This document shows positions 29,442 to 39,856 of a stretch of 64,000 nt of DNA, piece by piece. The stretch spans positions 1,632,001 to 1,696,000 of the forward strand of contig CBDFGR010000003.1 in assembly GCA_965247115.1 (NCBI GenBank), given 5' to 3'. Made by a program: the position numbers and the translations under genes. Every line of letters begins with the position of its first letter. Position 1 is the stretch's first letter. This stretch comes from Myxococcota bacterium. GTDB lineage: Bacteria > Myxococcota_A > UBA9160 > SZUA-336. The notes under the pieces are model-generated. The model was not told where the DNA came from, did not search any database, and was given only the letters and a program-made list of their open reading frames with translations.

Positions 29442-30821
29442 ATGAAACACAGAGTCGTCGCGCTAGCAGTGCTGCTGTGGACTCTGGACGCGTCGGCCAA
29501 GAGCATCCTGCTGACTGACGTCAACGTCCTCCCCATGGATACGCCCCGGGTGCTCGAGCGGCACACGATCCTCATCGCCGATGGCCTCATCCAGGCTATC
29601 GGGCCCGTCGGCAGCCTCCGCGTTCCGCCACAGACCATCCGCGTCGACTGCCAGGGCGGCTTCGTCCTGCCCGGCCTCTCCGATATGCACGCGCACATCG
29701 GGGGAGCCGTCGCCGACGAGACCAGCGACGTCGCCGCGAACCAGTTCCTCCTGTATCTGGCCACGGGAGTGACACTTCTGCGCGACCCCGGCGGAAGCGA
29801 CGCGCACTTCGACTACCGCCGCAGGATCCGAGCGGGCGAGCTGCTGGGCCCGGATCTCCACTTCACGTCCCCGATTCTGGAGGGTGAGGACGCCGTGTGG
29901 GACTTCGCCGTCCAGGTGGTCGACCCCGCGGACGTCGAACCGCTGATCGAGGGCTTCGCGGAGCAGGGCTACTGGGGCGTGAAGACCTACCACACCCTCT
30001 CGGCGCCGGTGTTCGACGCGGTGGTCGAAGCGGCACGGCGGCACGGGCTCCCGGTGATTGGTCACGTGCCCTTCGAGGTGGGCATCGAGCGCGCCCTCGC
30101 GAAGCGCATGTTCTCGATCGAGCACCTGCGCGGCTACGACTTCGACGGCTTGAGCGCGATTGAGCTCGAGAAGGACGGGGGTCGGTCGGCGCGCCGGTTC
30201 TCGTCGATCGCGCGAATGACGGACGCCCGTAGGACCGAACTCGTCGAGAGGACTTTTCAGGCGGGGACCTGGAACGTGCCGACCCTCGTCATCGCGCGCT
30301 TTCTGTGGGACGCCGAGGGACGCGAGGCGCTCGCCAGGCAGCCGCGCTTCGGGCTGGTCCATCCGGCCATGCAAGACGCGGTGAAGAACGCGAGCGCGCT
30401 CGACGCCCTGTTCTCGCCGGAATCGCGCAGGGCTCTGCAGGAGGTACTCCCTCACCAGCAAGCGCTGGTGAGGGAGCTGCACTCGCGCGGTGCCGGGATT
30501 CTCATCGGTACCGATTCCGTGCTGCCCGCCTACGTCCCCGGTTTCACGCCGATCGACGAGATGCAGGCGATCGCCGCGGGCGGAATCGAGAATTTCGCAG
30601 TCCTGCAGGCCGCCACCCTCAAGGCCGCCCAGGCGCTGGGCGTTGCCGGTGAACGCGGCACCGTGGCAGTGGGAAAACGGGCGAGCTTGATCGTCCTGGC
30701 GGAGAACCCGGTCGAGGACCTCGCCGCGCTTTGGTCTCTCAAGGGCGTCCTGCATCACGGACGCTGGTTGCCCCTGGCTAGTCTGGAGCGCCACCTTCGC
30801 GACCAGCTCGAACGGGACTGA
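29442..30821 (+). CDS. Secreted amidohydrolase family protein
   Basis: Signal peptide, PGLSDMHAH, IGHVP, SIEHL, IGTD, GTVAVGKRA. Confidence 0.88.
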   Translation: MKHRVVALAVLLWTLDASAKSILLTDVNVLPMDTPRVLERHTILIADGLIQAIGPVGSLRVPPQTIRVDCQGGFVLPGLSDMHAHIGGAVADETSDVAANQFLLYLATGVTLLRDPGGSDAHFDYRRRIRAGELLGPDLHFTSPILEGEDAVWDFAVQVVDPADVEPLIEGFAEQGYWGVKTYHTLSAPVFDAVVEAARRHGLPVIGHVPFEVGIERALAKRMFSIEHLRGYDFDGLSAIELEKDGGRSARRFSSIARMTDARRTELVERTFQAGTWNVPTLVIARFLWDAEGREALARQPRFGLVHPAMQDAVKNASALDALFSPESRRALQEVLPHQQALVRELHSRGAGILIGTDSVLPAYVPGFTPIDEMQAIAAGGIENFAVLQAATLKAAQALGVAGERGTVAVGKRASLIVLAENPVEDLAALWSLKGVLHHGRWLPLASLERHLRDQLERD

Positions 30822-30908
30822 GCTGCGCGACTCCCGGTCTCGTCTCCTATAGACTGGAGGCGAACGTAGCACGCGAGCCCGCACGAAGGGGTCGCGTTGG
30901 GAGTAGCC

Positions 30909-31397
30909 ATGGCGGACGATTATCTCGATCGTGTCATTAGGTCGTACCAGGGGGAAGTCTTTGGGGAGGCGATCTTCCACGATATGGCCGCGAAGAGCGC
31001 CGATGCCGAGACGACCTACAAATGGCGGGTGCTCGAGCAGCTCGAACGCGAGACCAAGCAGCGCCTCAAGCCCCTGGTGGCCGAGCTCGGCGGGGACGTC
31101 AAGGAAGACCCCTCGAGTTTCTCGGAGGGCCTGCACCTGGCAGAGAAGTGGGCGCAGCAGTCCTGGGACGAGCTCATGGTATGGTTCCGCGACGAGCTCC
31201 CCCCGTACGTGCGCTTCTTCGAAAAGCTCGAGGCCGACGCGCGCAGCGAGGACCGTGAGCTCCTCGCCGCGGTGACCGCCCACGAGAAGGCGCTGCTGGC
31301 CTTTGCCGAGCACGAGATCGCCGGTAGAACCGATCGTTCGGTCGAGCCTGTACTGGCGCTGCTCGATAGTCCCCCGCAGCGACATGGGGCAGCCTAG
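30909..31397 (+). CDS. Hypothetical protein, ferritin-like four-helix pattern
   Basis: YQGEVFGE, LEQLERET, TAHEKAL. Confidence 0.6.
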   Translation: MADDYLDRVIRSYQGEVFGEAIFHDMAAKSADAETTYKWRVLEQLERETKQRLKPLVAELGGDVKEDPSSFSEGLHLAEKWAQQSWDELMVWFRDELPPYVRFFEKLEADARSEDRELLAAVTAHEKALLAFAEHEIAGRTDRSVEPVLALLDSPPQRHGAA

Positions 31398-31429
31398 CAC
31401 CGCTTGACACGGGCGAAGGAGGGTACGCA

Positions 31430-31828
31430 ATGAGCGACTGTTCCCGGAGCGATCTCGAGCGTTGGACCCGAGACTTCACTCAGGCTTTCAACGACAACGA
31501 TCTCGATCGGGTAATGTCCTACTTTGCGACGGACGGCGTATACGACCAGTTCAACGACGAGCCGGCAGAGGGCCTTGAGGCGATCCGCGCGGCGTTCGAG
31601 CCGCAGTTCAAGGGCGCTTTTGGCGAGATGCGCTTCGAAGAAGAGGACTTCTTTGTGGATGCGGAGACGCGCAAGAGCCTGATCTCGTGGGTGTGCAGCC
31701 TCGACACCGTGGACGGTCGCGCCAGTTGGCGCGGCCTCGACATCCTCGTGTTCGACGCAGATGGAAGAATCGCCCGCAAGGCGACCTACGGTAAGGCCAA
31801 GACGCTCCTACTTCGGCCCTGCAGGTGA
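31430..31828 (+). CDS. SnoaL/NTF2-like protein
   Basis: FTQAFNDNDLDRVMSYF, RGLDILVF, RIARKATY. Confidence 0.85.
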   Translation: MSDCSRSDLERWTRDFTQAFNDNDLDRVMSYFATDGVYDQFNDEPAEGLEAIRAAFEPQFKGAFGEMRFEEEDFFVDAETRKSLISWVCSLDTVDGRASWRGLDILVFDADGRIARKATYGKAKTLLLRPCR

Positions 31829-31876
31829 TCGCCCAGGAGGGATCGAGGAGACGGCGCGGATAGCTGCGCGAGCTGG

Positions 31877-33529
31877 CTAAAAGAGTGAGCGCTTCGATTC
31901 CATGTTGGAGTGGACATCGATCAGCACTGTCGTGCCGTCGGCGTTCAGGCGCCGCGCTTCTGCCAGGGCCGGCGCCATCTCCGAGGTCTTCTCGACGGTG
32001 ATGCCCGTCGCGCCCATCCCTTCCGCGATCTTCGCGTAGCTCCCCGTCATGTGGGAGACGCCATAGACCTCGCGCGCGGTCGGAAACCCGCCGGGATAAG
32101 TCGCCATGCCCCCGTTGTTGAGCACGACGGTGGTTATCGGAGCTCCCGCTCTCACGGAGGTCTCGATGTCGAGACCGGACATTCCGAAAGCGCCGTCGCC
32201 CATCAGATTCAGACAGAACTTGTCGGGATGGGCGAGCTTTGCCCCGATCATCAGAGGGATGCCGAAGCCCAGATGAGTCGTCTTCCCCCAGCCGACATAG
32301 CTGTGGGGAGTTGTCGCCGTGTAGAACGGCACGTTGGAATCGCGGGGTGCGCCCGCGTCGTGGGTCACGATGCTGTTCTCGCGATCGAGCCCCTGGTCGA
32401 TCTCGTGGATCACGCGGTACGTGTTGAGCGGCTCCTCGTCGGATTCGAGCAGGGGCCTCCATTCTTCTAGCCACCTGGATCGGAGCGAGGCGATCTCGGC
32501 CTTAACCTCGGCCGCATCCCCGACTCCCTGCTCGCCGATCTCTGCCTTGATCGCGTCGAGCAGGGCCAGAATCGTCAGCTTCGTGTCGCCCACCAGGCCG
32601 ATGTCGATCGACTGGTCCTTGTTGATCTCGTCGACGTTGTGCGTGTTCTGAATCAGGGTTTTCCCTGGCCGGACGCGCTGGGCGTAGAACGTTCGCGTCA
32701 GGCTCGAGCCGAGGCACAGCATCAGATCGCACTGCTCCAGCCACTGTCCGGCGGGCAGGGTCGTCATCATGCTGCCGGCCCCGAGCGCCAGCGGATGGGT
32801 TTCGTTGATTGCGGACTTTCCACCCATCGTGCAAAAGACGGGCGTGCCGGTCAGCTCGGCCAGCTCGCGCAGCTCGTCGGTCGCGCCGCCAAACAGAACG
32901 CCCGCGCCCGCCCAGATTACCGGCTTCTTCGCCGCGAGAAACGCCCTTGCCGCATCCTGGATGTCGCTCCGCGAGGGCTGCTGGCGAAAAGACTTGGGCG
33001 ACCGGTAGTTCTGACCGGCCTCGGGCACCTCCTCGGTGCAGACGTCCGCCGTCAGCTCCACCACGACGGGCCCCGGCGCTCCGTTCCGGAGCGCGTGAAA
33101 CGCGCGCCGCATGACGTCGCCGATCTGGCCCGGCTCGTAGATGGCCTCGACCCGCTTGACGATCCCCTGGTAGTTGCGCGTCGCCACGAAGTTGGGCCGC
33201 ACATCGATCTGATTGCGGAACACTCCCCCGGGAAGCACGAGAATCGGGATGTTGTCGGCATAGGCCTGCGCGATTCCCCCCATGGCATTCTCGGCCCCCG
33301 CCTGGGATTGCAACGTCACCACACCGAAGCGCTCGCGGTCGCTGGTGCGGCTGAAGCCGTCGGCTGCCATCACCGCGCCGCGCTCGTGGCGGAACATGAT
33401 GGGTCGGATGCCCTGCTTCGCGGCCGCCTCGATCAGGGGGTTGCTGGGGAAGCAGGTCAGGGTCTCGACGCCCTCTTGCTTGAGGATGCTCGCGACGTAG
33501 TCATTCCCATTCACGATCTGTCCTTTCAC
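31877..33529 (-). CDS. Thiamine pyrophosphate-requiring enzyme (acetolactate synthase-like)
   Basis: RHERGAVMAADG, GPVVVE, GDGAFGM...LNNG TPP motif. Confidence 0.9.
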   Translation of the reverse strand: MKGQIVNGNDYVASILKQEGVETLTCFPSNPLIEAAAKQGIRPIMFRHERGAVMAADGFSRTSDRERFGVVTLQSQAGAENAMGGIAQAYADNIPILVLPGGVFRNQIDVRPNFVATRNYQGIVKRVEAIYEPGQIGDVMRRAFHALRNGAPGPVVVELTADVCTEEVPEAGQNYRSPKSFRQQPSRSDIQDAARAFLAAKKPVIWAGAGVLFGGATDELRELAELTGTPVFCTMGGKSAINETHPLALGAGSMMTTLPAGQWLEQCDLMLCLGSSLTRTFYAQRVRPGKTLIQNTHNVDEINKDQSIDIGLVGDTKLTILALLDAIKAEIGEQGVGDAAEVKAEIASLRSRWLEEWRPLLESDEEPLNTYRVIHEIDQGLDRENSIVTHDAGAPRDSNVPFYTATTPHSYVGWGKTTHLGFGIPLMIGAKLAHPDKFCLNLMGDGAFGMSGLDIETSVRAGAPITTVVLNNGGMATYPGGFPTAREVYGVSHMTGSYAKIAEGMGATGITVEKTSEMAPALAEARRLNADGTTVLIDVHSNMESKRSLF

Positions 33530-33602
33530 CGGGTTCTGTGCCCACAGTCTACACGTGGCTCGAACCCGGGAACGAATCCACCGTCGCGCCCTGAGTCGTT
33601 GT

Positions 33603-33644
33603 CTCCCCGGGAGGGACCCGAATCCCCGACATGGTGGCTAACAG
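33603..33644 (-). repeat. Degenerate copy of the tRNA-Asn 3' half (att-site relic)
   Basis: ctccccgggagggacccgaatccccgacatggtggctaacag matches 40799-40840 at 37 of 42 positions in direct orientation and ends at the anticodon loop. Confidence 0.85.
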
Positions 33645-33686
33645 TTTGCGCCGCGCGTTCTTCTCGGCGGCCAAACGCGGCGAGAA

Positions 33687-33919
33687 TTAGAGGTGCTCTG
33701 GGTTCGTAACGGTGCGGGCCTCGCGGACCTCGCCCGTGTTCACGGTGGAGGCGGGCTCGAATAGCAAGACGTGAGCCTCGTGTGTAGCGACTGGTGCCAG
33801 ACAAACTCTCCCTCGAGCTTGCAGATCTTGACGTGCTGCCCGTTCAGCTCTGCGACGATTCTCGGGTTCCAGTGATCTTCGAAGCGCGAAAGCTTGTCAG
33901 CGAGATTGACCTTCTCCAT
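33687..33919 (-). pseudogene. Cupin (mannose-6-phosphate isomerase-like) with internal deletion
   Basis: MEKVNLADKLSRFEDHWNPRIVAELNGQHVKICKLEGEFVWH jumps out of frame to PVATHEAHVLLFEPASTVNTG; the central metal-binding segment is missing. Not in the ORF track. Confidence 0.8.
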
Positions 33920-34551
33920 CGCGGTCAGAGCTCCTGGCGTCGCTCCTCCAGGCTCGCATCGATCCCGCCTCCGAGTTCCATGAAGGCGAGATCTGTACCG
34001 GCTCGTTCAGAAAACGGGGTGACGGATAAGACGCCTTGAGCTCGAGCGGTTGCGGAGGCTAGAGAGAGACTGAGTAAAACGGGGGCCGTCAGCCACATCG
34101 GTGTAGAGAGGTTATTGGAGCGCACCGCGGACTCCCTCCCGAGATATGGACGGGCCGATAGATAGTGAACGCTTCAGTATATACGGACGGAGTCAGCTCA
34201 GGCTCGGCCCCGGCGAAGCTAGCGGCCAGTCTCAGGGGCGGTTAACAGATCGTTCCGCCGAGATTCCGGCCGTATCTTTCAGGCGTCTCAACGTGCTGAT
34301 TCCTAGGGCTTTTCATGAGTGGCCGGGTTCCAGGGATCTCCAGGCTTGTCGCCCGATTTCCACCGGCTAGCCACGATGAGGCGACTGAACGCGGCACCAG
34401 CACAGCTGGTAGCGCTCTCGCCGCTGGCGTATGATGCAAGACGTATTTCGCGACGAACCCGTCAATGCGTGAGTGACGCCGCGCCGCGCCGGTCCGCGTT
34501 TTTGATGGGCCCAGCCGAGGCTGGAACCATCATTCGCACGAGGGGAGAGCA

Positions 34552-35781
34552 GTGCCAAGAGCGATCAGAGATCTCATGCCATCGGATCTCGAGTTCCAGA
34601 TGTTCGTTCTCGATGAGCTAGCCGATGAATTGATCAAGCAGGGCGCAGACGTTCTAAAGCTCACGATCGGCGTCACAGAACAGCCCATGCCCCAGAACGT
34701 GCTCGCGCGCATGGTCGACAAGCTCAACGATCCCGGATTCGTGCGCCGGGTGTATCCGGAGGGGCTTCCCGAGCTTCGCGAGGCGATCGCGAAATTCTAC
34801 GATCGTCGCCACGGGACAGATGTCTCGGCTGAAAATGTCATCGTCAATACCGGTAGTTCTCCCATCTTCCGCAACATCTTCCAGCTCCTGTCAGGGCCCG
34901 AATTCGAGATCATGATTCCGCGGCCCTATTACGCTTTGTACTTGTACTGCGCGACGTTGGCTGGCGCCAAAGTCAAGTTCTATGACATCGACGTCAACAC
35001 AAAGCGCGTCGACATGGATTCTTTCCGCCGGAACTTTTCACCGAAACGCACATCCCTCGTGGTGATCAATTCACCAGGCAACCCGGTAGGAAACATCGTG
35101 ACGCTCGACGAGATGCGAGATATCTATGAGATCGTCGATCACAACGCCTACGTCTTGAACGACGAGATCTACAACAACATGATGTTCTACGACGAGTTTC
35201 GCACGCCCCTGACGGCGTTGCCCCAGCACGAGGACATCACGATCGTAGCCAACAGTTTCTCGAAGGGTTACCGGATGTACACCAAGCGTGTTGGGTTCGC
35301 GATTCTGCCCGAAGAGCTGCAGAAACATCTGCGAGTCATTCAGCAGCACACGCTGCTGTGTACCGATCCGTGCTACCAGTACGGAATGATCGCCGCGCTC
35401 GAGGACGAGGAAAGCCCGGAGCAGCTCACCCGCCTCTATCGGTCCCGCGCGGAGTACACGACTCAACGCCTTACTGGTACGGGCTGTGAGCCGATTGCCG
35501 CCGAAGGTGGTTTCTACGCCATGCTGAGGTGCAAAGACTGGAATGCTATGCACGGGTTCGAGTCGTCAAAGGAGCTCGCGCGCGACATCCTGGAGAAGGT
35601 CCACGTTGCTGTGGTTCCTGGAACGGATTTCGGCGTACCAGATGATCTGCGTCTGGCCTTCTGCAATGCCCGCTACAGCGAGGGTATCGATCGGCTGCGG
35701 GAGTACTTCACCTCCTCTGCTGCGAGTGGGCGAACCGCCGGGACTCAGCGCAAGGCGGCAACCGCGAGTGCCTACGCGTGA
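34552..35781 (+). CDS. PLP-dependent aminotransferase class I/II
   Basis: GLPELREAIA, VINSPGNPVG, DEIY, NSFSKGY..RVGF, VAVVPGTDFG. Confidence 0.9.
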   Translation: MPRAIRDLMPSDLEFQMFVLDELADELIKQGADVLKLTIGVTEQPMPQNVLARMVDKLNDPGFVRRVYPEGLPELREAIAKFYDRRHGTDVSAENVIVNTGSSPIFRNIFQLLSGPEFEIMIPRPYYALYLYCATLAGAKVKFYDIDVNTKRVDMDSFRRNFSPKRTSLVVINSPGNPVGNIVTLDEMRDIYEIVDHNAYVLNDEIYNNMMFYDEFRTPLTALPQHEDITIVANSFSKGYRMYTKRVGFAILPEELQKHLRVIQQHTLLCTDPCYQYGMIAALEDEESPEQLTRLYRSRAEYTTQRLTGTGCEPIAAEGGFYAMLRCKDWNAMHGFESSKELARDILEKVHVAVVPGTDFGVPDDLRLAFCNARYSEGIDRLREYFTSSAASGRTAGTQRKAATASAYA

Positions 35782-37667
35782 CCAGCGATCTCGCAGAGCC
35801 AGTGGAGGCGTTTATCAGTGACGAAGCGCCCACTACGCCGAACGAACCGCTTAGCGTTCAACGCGCGATAGTCCTTGCTGCGGGTCGAGGCAGTCGCCTC
35901 CATGCATTGACGGGCGATGCCCCCAAGTGTCTGACCGAAATCGGCGGCGAGCCACTGCTCGAGCGCGCGTTACACGCGCTTGGCTCCCAAGGCATTACCG
36001 AGGCGGTGATAGTCATCGGCTACATGGGTGAGATGGTTCGCGATCGCATCGGCTCGCGTATCGCCGGAGTCGACATTCGCTATGTCGAGGCGCCCGACTA
36101 TGCAACGAGCAACAACATCCGCTCGTTGTGGGACGCACGGGACTACCTCGATCAGGACCTGGTTCTGCTCGAGGCCGATGTCGCTTTTGATCCGTCGGTC
36201 ATCGGTGCCTTACTCGCGCACTCCGGTAGCAGCGCCGCTGTCGCCCCGTATGACCTGGCACTATCCGGAACCGTGGTGCGACGTGACCGCAACGGTCAAG
36301 TCACGAGCTTCATCCTCGGCGCCGACCAGGGGCCGCAGTTCGATACCACTGATACCTTCAAGACCGTCAACATCTACGTGCTACGCGAGCAGTTGTTGCG
36401 CGAGCACGTGGTCCCACGACTCTGCAATGTGATCGATGCTGGCGACGTGAATGAGTACTACGAGAGCATTCTCCGCGATTGTGTGGCCGACCGATCCTGC
36501 GGCATCGACATGGCTGCAGTCGACGTCTCGTCGAGTCGTTGGGCCGAAATCGATGACGATCACGATCTCGACGCTGCCGAGTTTCTCTTCCTGGACCGCG
36601 ACGCGCAGTTCGATCGCGTCCAGAAGCTGCACGGGGCGTACTGGCGCTACGGCTTTGTTGACCACTCGTATCTGTACAACATGCACTTCCCTCCCGCCGA
36701 AATGCTCGATGTGTTCCACTCCCATCTTCGGGAGATCGTGACGAACTATCCCGTCGCGCAGACCGAGCTAGCGCGCCTCGTTGCCAACTGGACCGGTGCC
36801 AATCCGGATCACCTGGCGGTGGCCAACGGTGCCGCAGAGCTAATCAAAATCCTCGGCAGGCAGTTCGAACGCCGGCTCACGATCCCGACGCCTTCATTCA
36901 ACGAGTATGAGGAGGTCATTGATCCGCACGAACTCAATCGCTTCGCACTCGATCCGAAAACCTTCGAATTGGATGTCGACGCTTTCGCAGATTCGGCCAT
37001 ACGCTGGAAATCCGACACCGCGATCATCGTCACTCCGAATAATCCTACTGCCTTGTCGGTGCCGCGCGACGATGTGCTCAAGCTGGCGCGCTGCCTCGAA
37101 GTTAATGACTGCCGATTGATCGTCGACGAGTCATTCATCGAGTTTTCCCGTACCGGGGTTGCCGGCAGCGTCCAAGAAATGGTCGGAAATTGCGCCAACC
37201 TCGTCGTCATCAAGAGTATGAGCAAGGTGTTTGGGGTCGCTGGTGTCCGACTTGGCTATCTGCTGAGCGCCGACCATGCGTTCATTGCGGCCGTCCGCTC
37301 CAGCTTGCCTATCTGGAATATCAATGGACTGGCTGAGGAGTTTCTACGCACTGTTGGTCGCTATAGACGTGAGTTCTCTGAGAGCTGTGACCTGACTCGA
37401 GTCAGCAGCCAGGGGTTCTACGCCGACCTGCGGGGACTGCCAGGCATCGAGCCGATTGAGCCAGACGCGAACTTTATCCTCTGTAAACTGACGAACCCTT
37501 CCACCTACGGCCCGGAAATCGCACGCCGTCTGTACGTCGAGCACAACATTCTCGTGAAGGATTGCGCGGCCAAGAGTATGCCGGATGCCGATCGCTACCT
37601 GCGGATAGCATCGCGCACGCCAGCGGAGAATCACCACCTCGTTCAGGTGCTCGCAGCTCTGTTGTAG
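35778..37667 (+). CDS. Fusion: LicC-like phosphocholine cytidylyltransferase domain + HisC/CobD-like PLP enzyme
   Basis: IVLAAGRGSRL...PKCL, TSNNIRSLW, LLEADV, WAEIDDDHDL; then VANGAAELI, TPNNPT, VDESFIEF, IKSMSKVFGVAGVRLGY. Confidence 0.88.
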   Translation: MTSDLAEPVEAFISDEAPTTPNEPLSVQRAIVLAAGRGSRLHALTGDAPKCLTEIGGEPLLERALHALGSQGITEAVIVIGYMGEMVRDRIGSRIAGVDIRYVEAPDYATSNNIRSLWDARDYLDQDLVLLEADVAFDPSVIGALLAHSGSSAAVAPYDLALSGTVVRRDRNGQVTSFILGADQGPQFDTTDTFKTVNIYVLREQLLREHVVPRLCNVIDAGDVNEYYESILRDCVADRSCGIDMAAVDVSSSRWAEIDDDHDLDAAEFLFLDRDAQFDRVQKLHGAYWRYGFVDHSYLYNMHFPPAEMLDVFHSHLREIVTNYPVAQTELARLVANWTGANPDHLAVANGAAELIKILGRQFERRLTIPTPSFNEYEEVIDPHELNRFALDPKTFELDVDAFADSAIRWKSDTAIIVTPNNPTALSVPRDDVLKLARCLEVNDCRLIVDESFIEFSRTGVAGSVQEMVGNCANLVVIKSMSKVFGVAGVRLGYLLSADHAFIAAVRSSLPIWNINGLAEEFLRTVGRYRREFSESCDLTRVSSQGFYADLRGLPGIEPIEPDANFILCKLTNPSTYGPEIARRLYVEHNILVKDCAAKSMPDADRYLRIASRTPAENHHLVQVLAALL

Positions 37668-37701
37668 CGCCCCTGAAAGGGCGCGGCCTAGGGAGAGGAC
37701 G

Positions 37702-38607
37702 ATGGAACGCGACGCCGAGAACGCCGCTCTCATGCAACACATAGAGCGGACGATTCCGCCGATGAACATCGCAGATGCCGAGCGACTGTTACGCGAGGCG
37801 AAGGGGATCTTCGATGACCACGGCGTGGTCTTCTTTCTCCGACAGGGCACCTGTCTCGGTGCGGTGAGAGATCAAGCGCTGATTCCGTGGGACGATGACC
37901 TGGACCTTGGCTCGATCATGGGCTTGCACGGCTTCACCGAGGAAGCGATCGAGCCCACGGTCGAGGCGTTTCGAGGCAATGGATGTTACGTCGAGGTTCT
38001 CCCCGAAGGCCTCTACACCTCGGTCAAGATCATGAAGTACCGGATCAGGATCGACTGGCAGTGCTACCGGGTGGTTAAAGGTACGATCGCTCATTACCCC
38101 GGCGTGCCATTTCCTGTCAGCCTATTCACCGAATTGAAGGAGGTCGACTTCATCGGCGGAGAATATCGCGTTCCCAGTCCGCCCGAGGAGTACCTCCGCT
38201 ACAAATACGGACCCGACTGGGTCACGCCCAAGCAAGCCGGCTACGAGAAAGATGTCCTCGACAACATGCCCGAGGGAACCGTTCCCGGCCGAGCCGGCTG
38301 GCTCAAGCAGTTTCTGGCTGTTCACCTTTCTCCACGCCGGACCGCGGTTCTGTTGGTGCTCGACGGCGACGGAATCCCAGTCCCGAATGCGAAGGTCCTG
38401 GTCGCGGGCATGTGTCGAACCAGGGCAAATCGAAAAGGCTACGCAAGGTTCTATCTGCCCGGACCAGACGAATACGCCCTGGCAATAACGGCGAACGGCC
38501 GCGAGGAGGTGCTCTATGAAGAGACACTGGCTCCGGGGAAGAAATATGTCTATCGACCTGACGCCAGCCAGTCTGCGGGGAGATATTTCGTGCTCGCCGA
38601 GGAATAG
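37702..38607 (+). CDS. LicD/fukutin family phosphotransferase with a C-terminal beta-rich domain
   Basis: GTCLGAVRDQALIPWDDDLDLG, PEEYLRYKYGPDWVTP. Confidence 0.85.
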   Translation: MERDAENAALMQHIERTIPPMNIADAERLLREAKGIFDDHGVVFFLRQGTCLGAVRDQALIPWDDDLDLGSIMGLHGFTEEAIEPTVEAFRGNGCYVEVLPEGLYTSVKIMKYRIRIDWQCYRVVKGTIAHYPGVPFPVSLFTELKEVDFIGGEYRVPSPPEEYLRYKYGPDWVTPKQAGYEKDVLDNMPEGTVPGRAGWLKQFLAVHLSPRRTAVLLVLDGDGIPVPNAKVLVAGMCRTRANRKGYARFYLPGPDEYALAITANGREEVLYEETLAPGKKYVYRPDASQSAGRYFVLAEE

Positions 38608-38647
38608 AGCTGCGTAGTTGACCGACCTCTGGACCTTCTCGTTCTGG

Positions 38648-39233
38648 TCAAGCCGATTGCGCGGCCTTGGTGATCGTCGCGAACTCAGAGGCCACGCTGG
38701 GCCTTGCACTCATCGTCGTCATCCAGCGCTGTAGGTGCGTCCCCTGCGAGGGCGCGCAACCCAGGAATGAGGAAAAACTCACCATCATGAGCGTACCTAT
38801 GTCGGCGACACGCTCCTCGAATACCCTCCTCGGCATACGAGACGGCGTCGGAATCCCTATCCGATGTATTGGGCTTTCGAAACACCTCGCGGATCAGAAC
38901 CGTGACAAACTCCGTCAACTCGAAGTCCGCCTGGTCTTCGAGGACGCGACATCGCGCTCGTCCCTCTGGATCGGACGGCATGAGCGGAACGTCTGGGTAG
39001 CGCTCTTCCAGATAGTCGCAGATGACGGTTGAATCAGGGATCACCAGTTCGCCATCGATCAGCACAGGGACCTGTCCGCGTGGACTCAGGGCGAGAAAAT
39101 CATCGGGCTTCTCGCCCCACAGACTCGACCGAGTCCAGGCCACATCGTGGAGTTCGTAGGGGAGTCCCTTCTCCGCGAGCACGATGCGGACCTTCGCGCT
39201 GAATGGGCTGAGTGTTCCGGACCAGAGCTGCAT
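38648..39233 (-). pseudogene. Glutathione S-transferase with internal deletion and frameshift near 38815
   Basis: SPFSAKVRIVLAEKG, PRGQVPVL, DSTVICDYLEE; C terminus VADIG...RWMTTMSARPSV is in another frame. Confidence 0.8.
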
Positions 39234-39243
39234 GGTGTTCTCC

Positions 39244-39849
39244 TTATCCGCGATCAGCCGCGGTGGACAACAGCTGATCGAGTGCACGCCGCGCATGGGC
39301 GAACGCGTCGCCCTCATCGAGAAGCTCGCGGCGAAGATTGGCTTCCTGCGCAAGGGCGTGAATCTGAAATGCAAGTGTCTCCGGAGCGACATTTGCGCCG
39401 AACTCACCCAGTCGCTTCGCAAGTCGCGCCTGTTCGTTCAGCTCCTGAAGAAACCTTCGGGTATGACCAGCCACAGCGTCGCGGACAGGACCGGGTCGTC
39501 CTGCGAACGCTTGCCCTGCCGCAGCGAAAAAGCAGCCGCCGCGGTAGTCGATCGATTCGAGATGCTCGAGCCATGCGGCACAGAGGGCAGCCAGTCGAGG
39601 CAGGCCCGGTTCGGCCGCGGCGCCCGCGGCGACAAGGCTGATCGCATACGAGGACGCCGCGGCATCGACCACTTCGAGTTGGAGCGCCTCCTTGGATTCA
39701 AAGTGTGCGGCAACGCCAGCCTTCGTCAGACCTACCTCGCTGGCTATTCGGCTGAAGGAAAGGCTCTCGAGCCCTTCCGCCGTACTCAGATCCGTCGCTG
39801 CGGCGACGATCTCTCGCCGGCGACGCGCACCGTGCGTCTCTTCTTTCAT
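39244..39849 (-). CDS. TetR/AcrR family regulator
   Basis: EGLESLSFSRIASEVGLTKAGVAAHFESKEALQ, GGCFFAAA. Confidence 0.9.
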   Translation of the reverse strand: MKEETHGARRRREIVAAATDLSTAEGLESLSFSRIASEVGLTKAGVAAHFESKEALQLEVVDAAASSYAISLVAAGAAAEPGLPRLAALCAAWLEHLESIDYRGGCFFAAAGQAFAGRPGPVRDAVAGHTRRFLQELNEQARLAKRLGEFGANVAPETLAFQIHALAQEANLRRELLDEGDAFAHARRALDQLLSTAADRG

Positions 39850-39856
39850 TGACACC

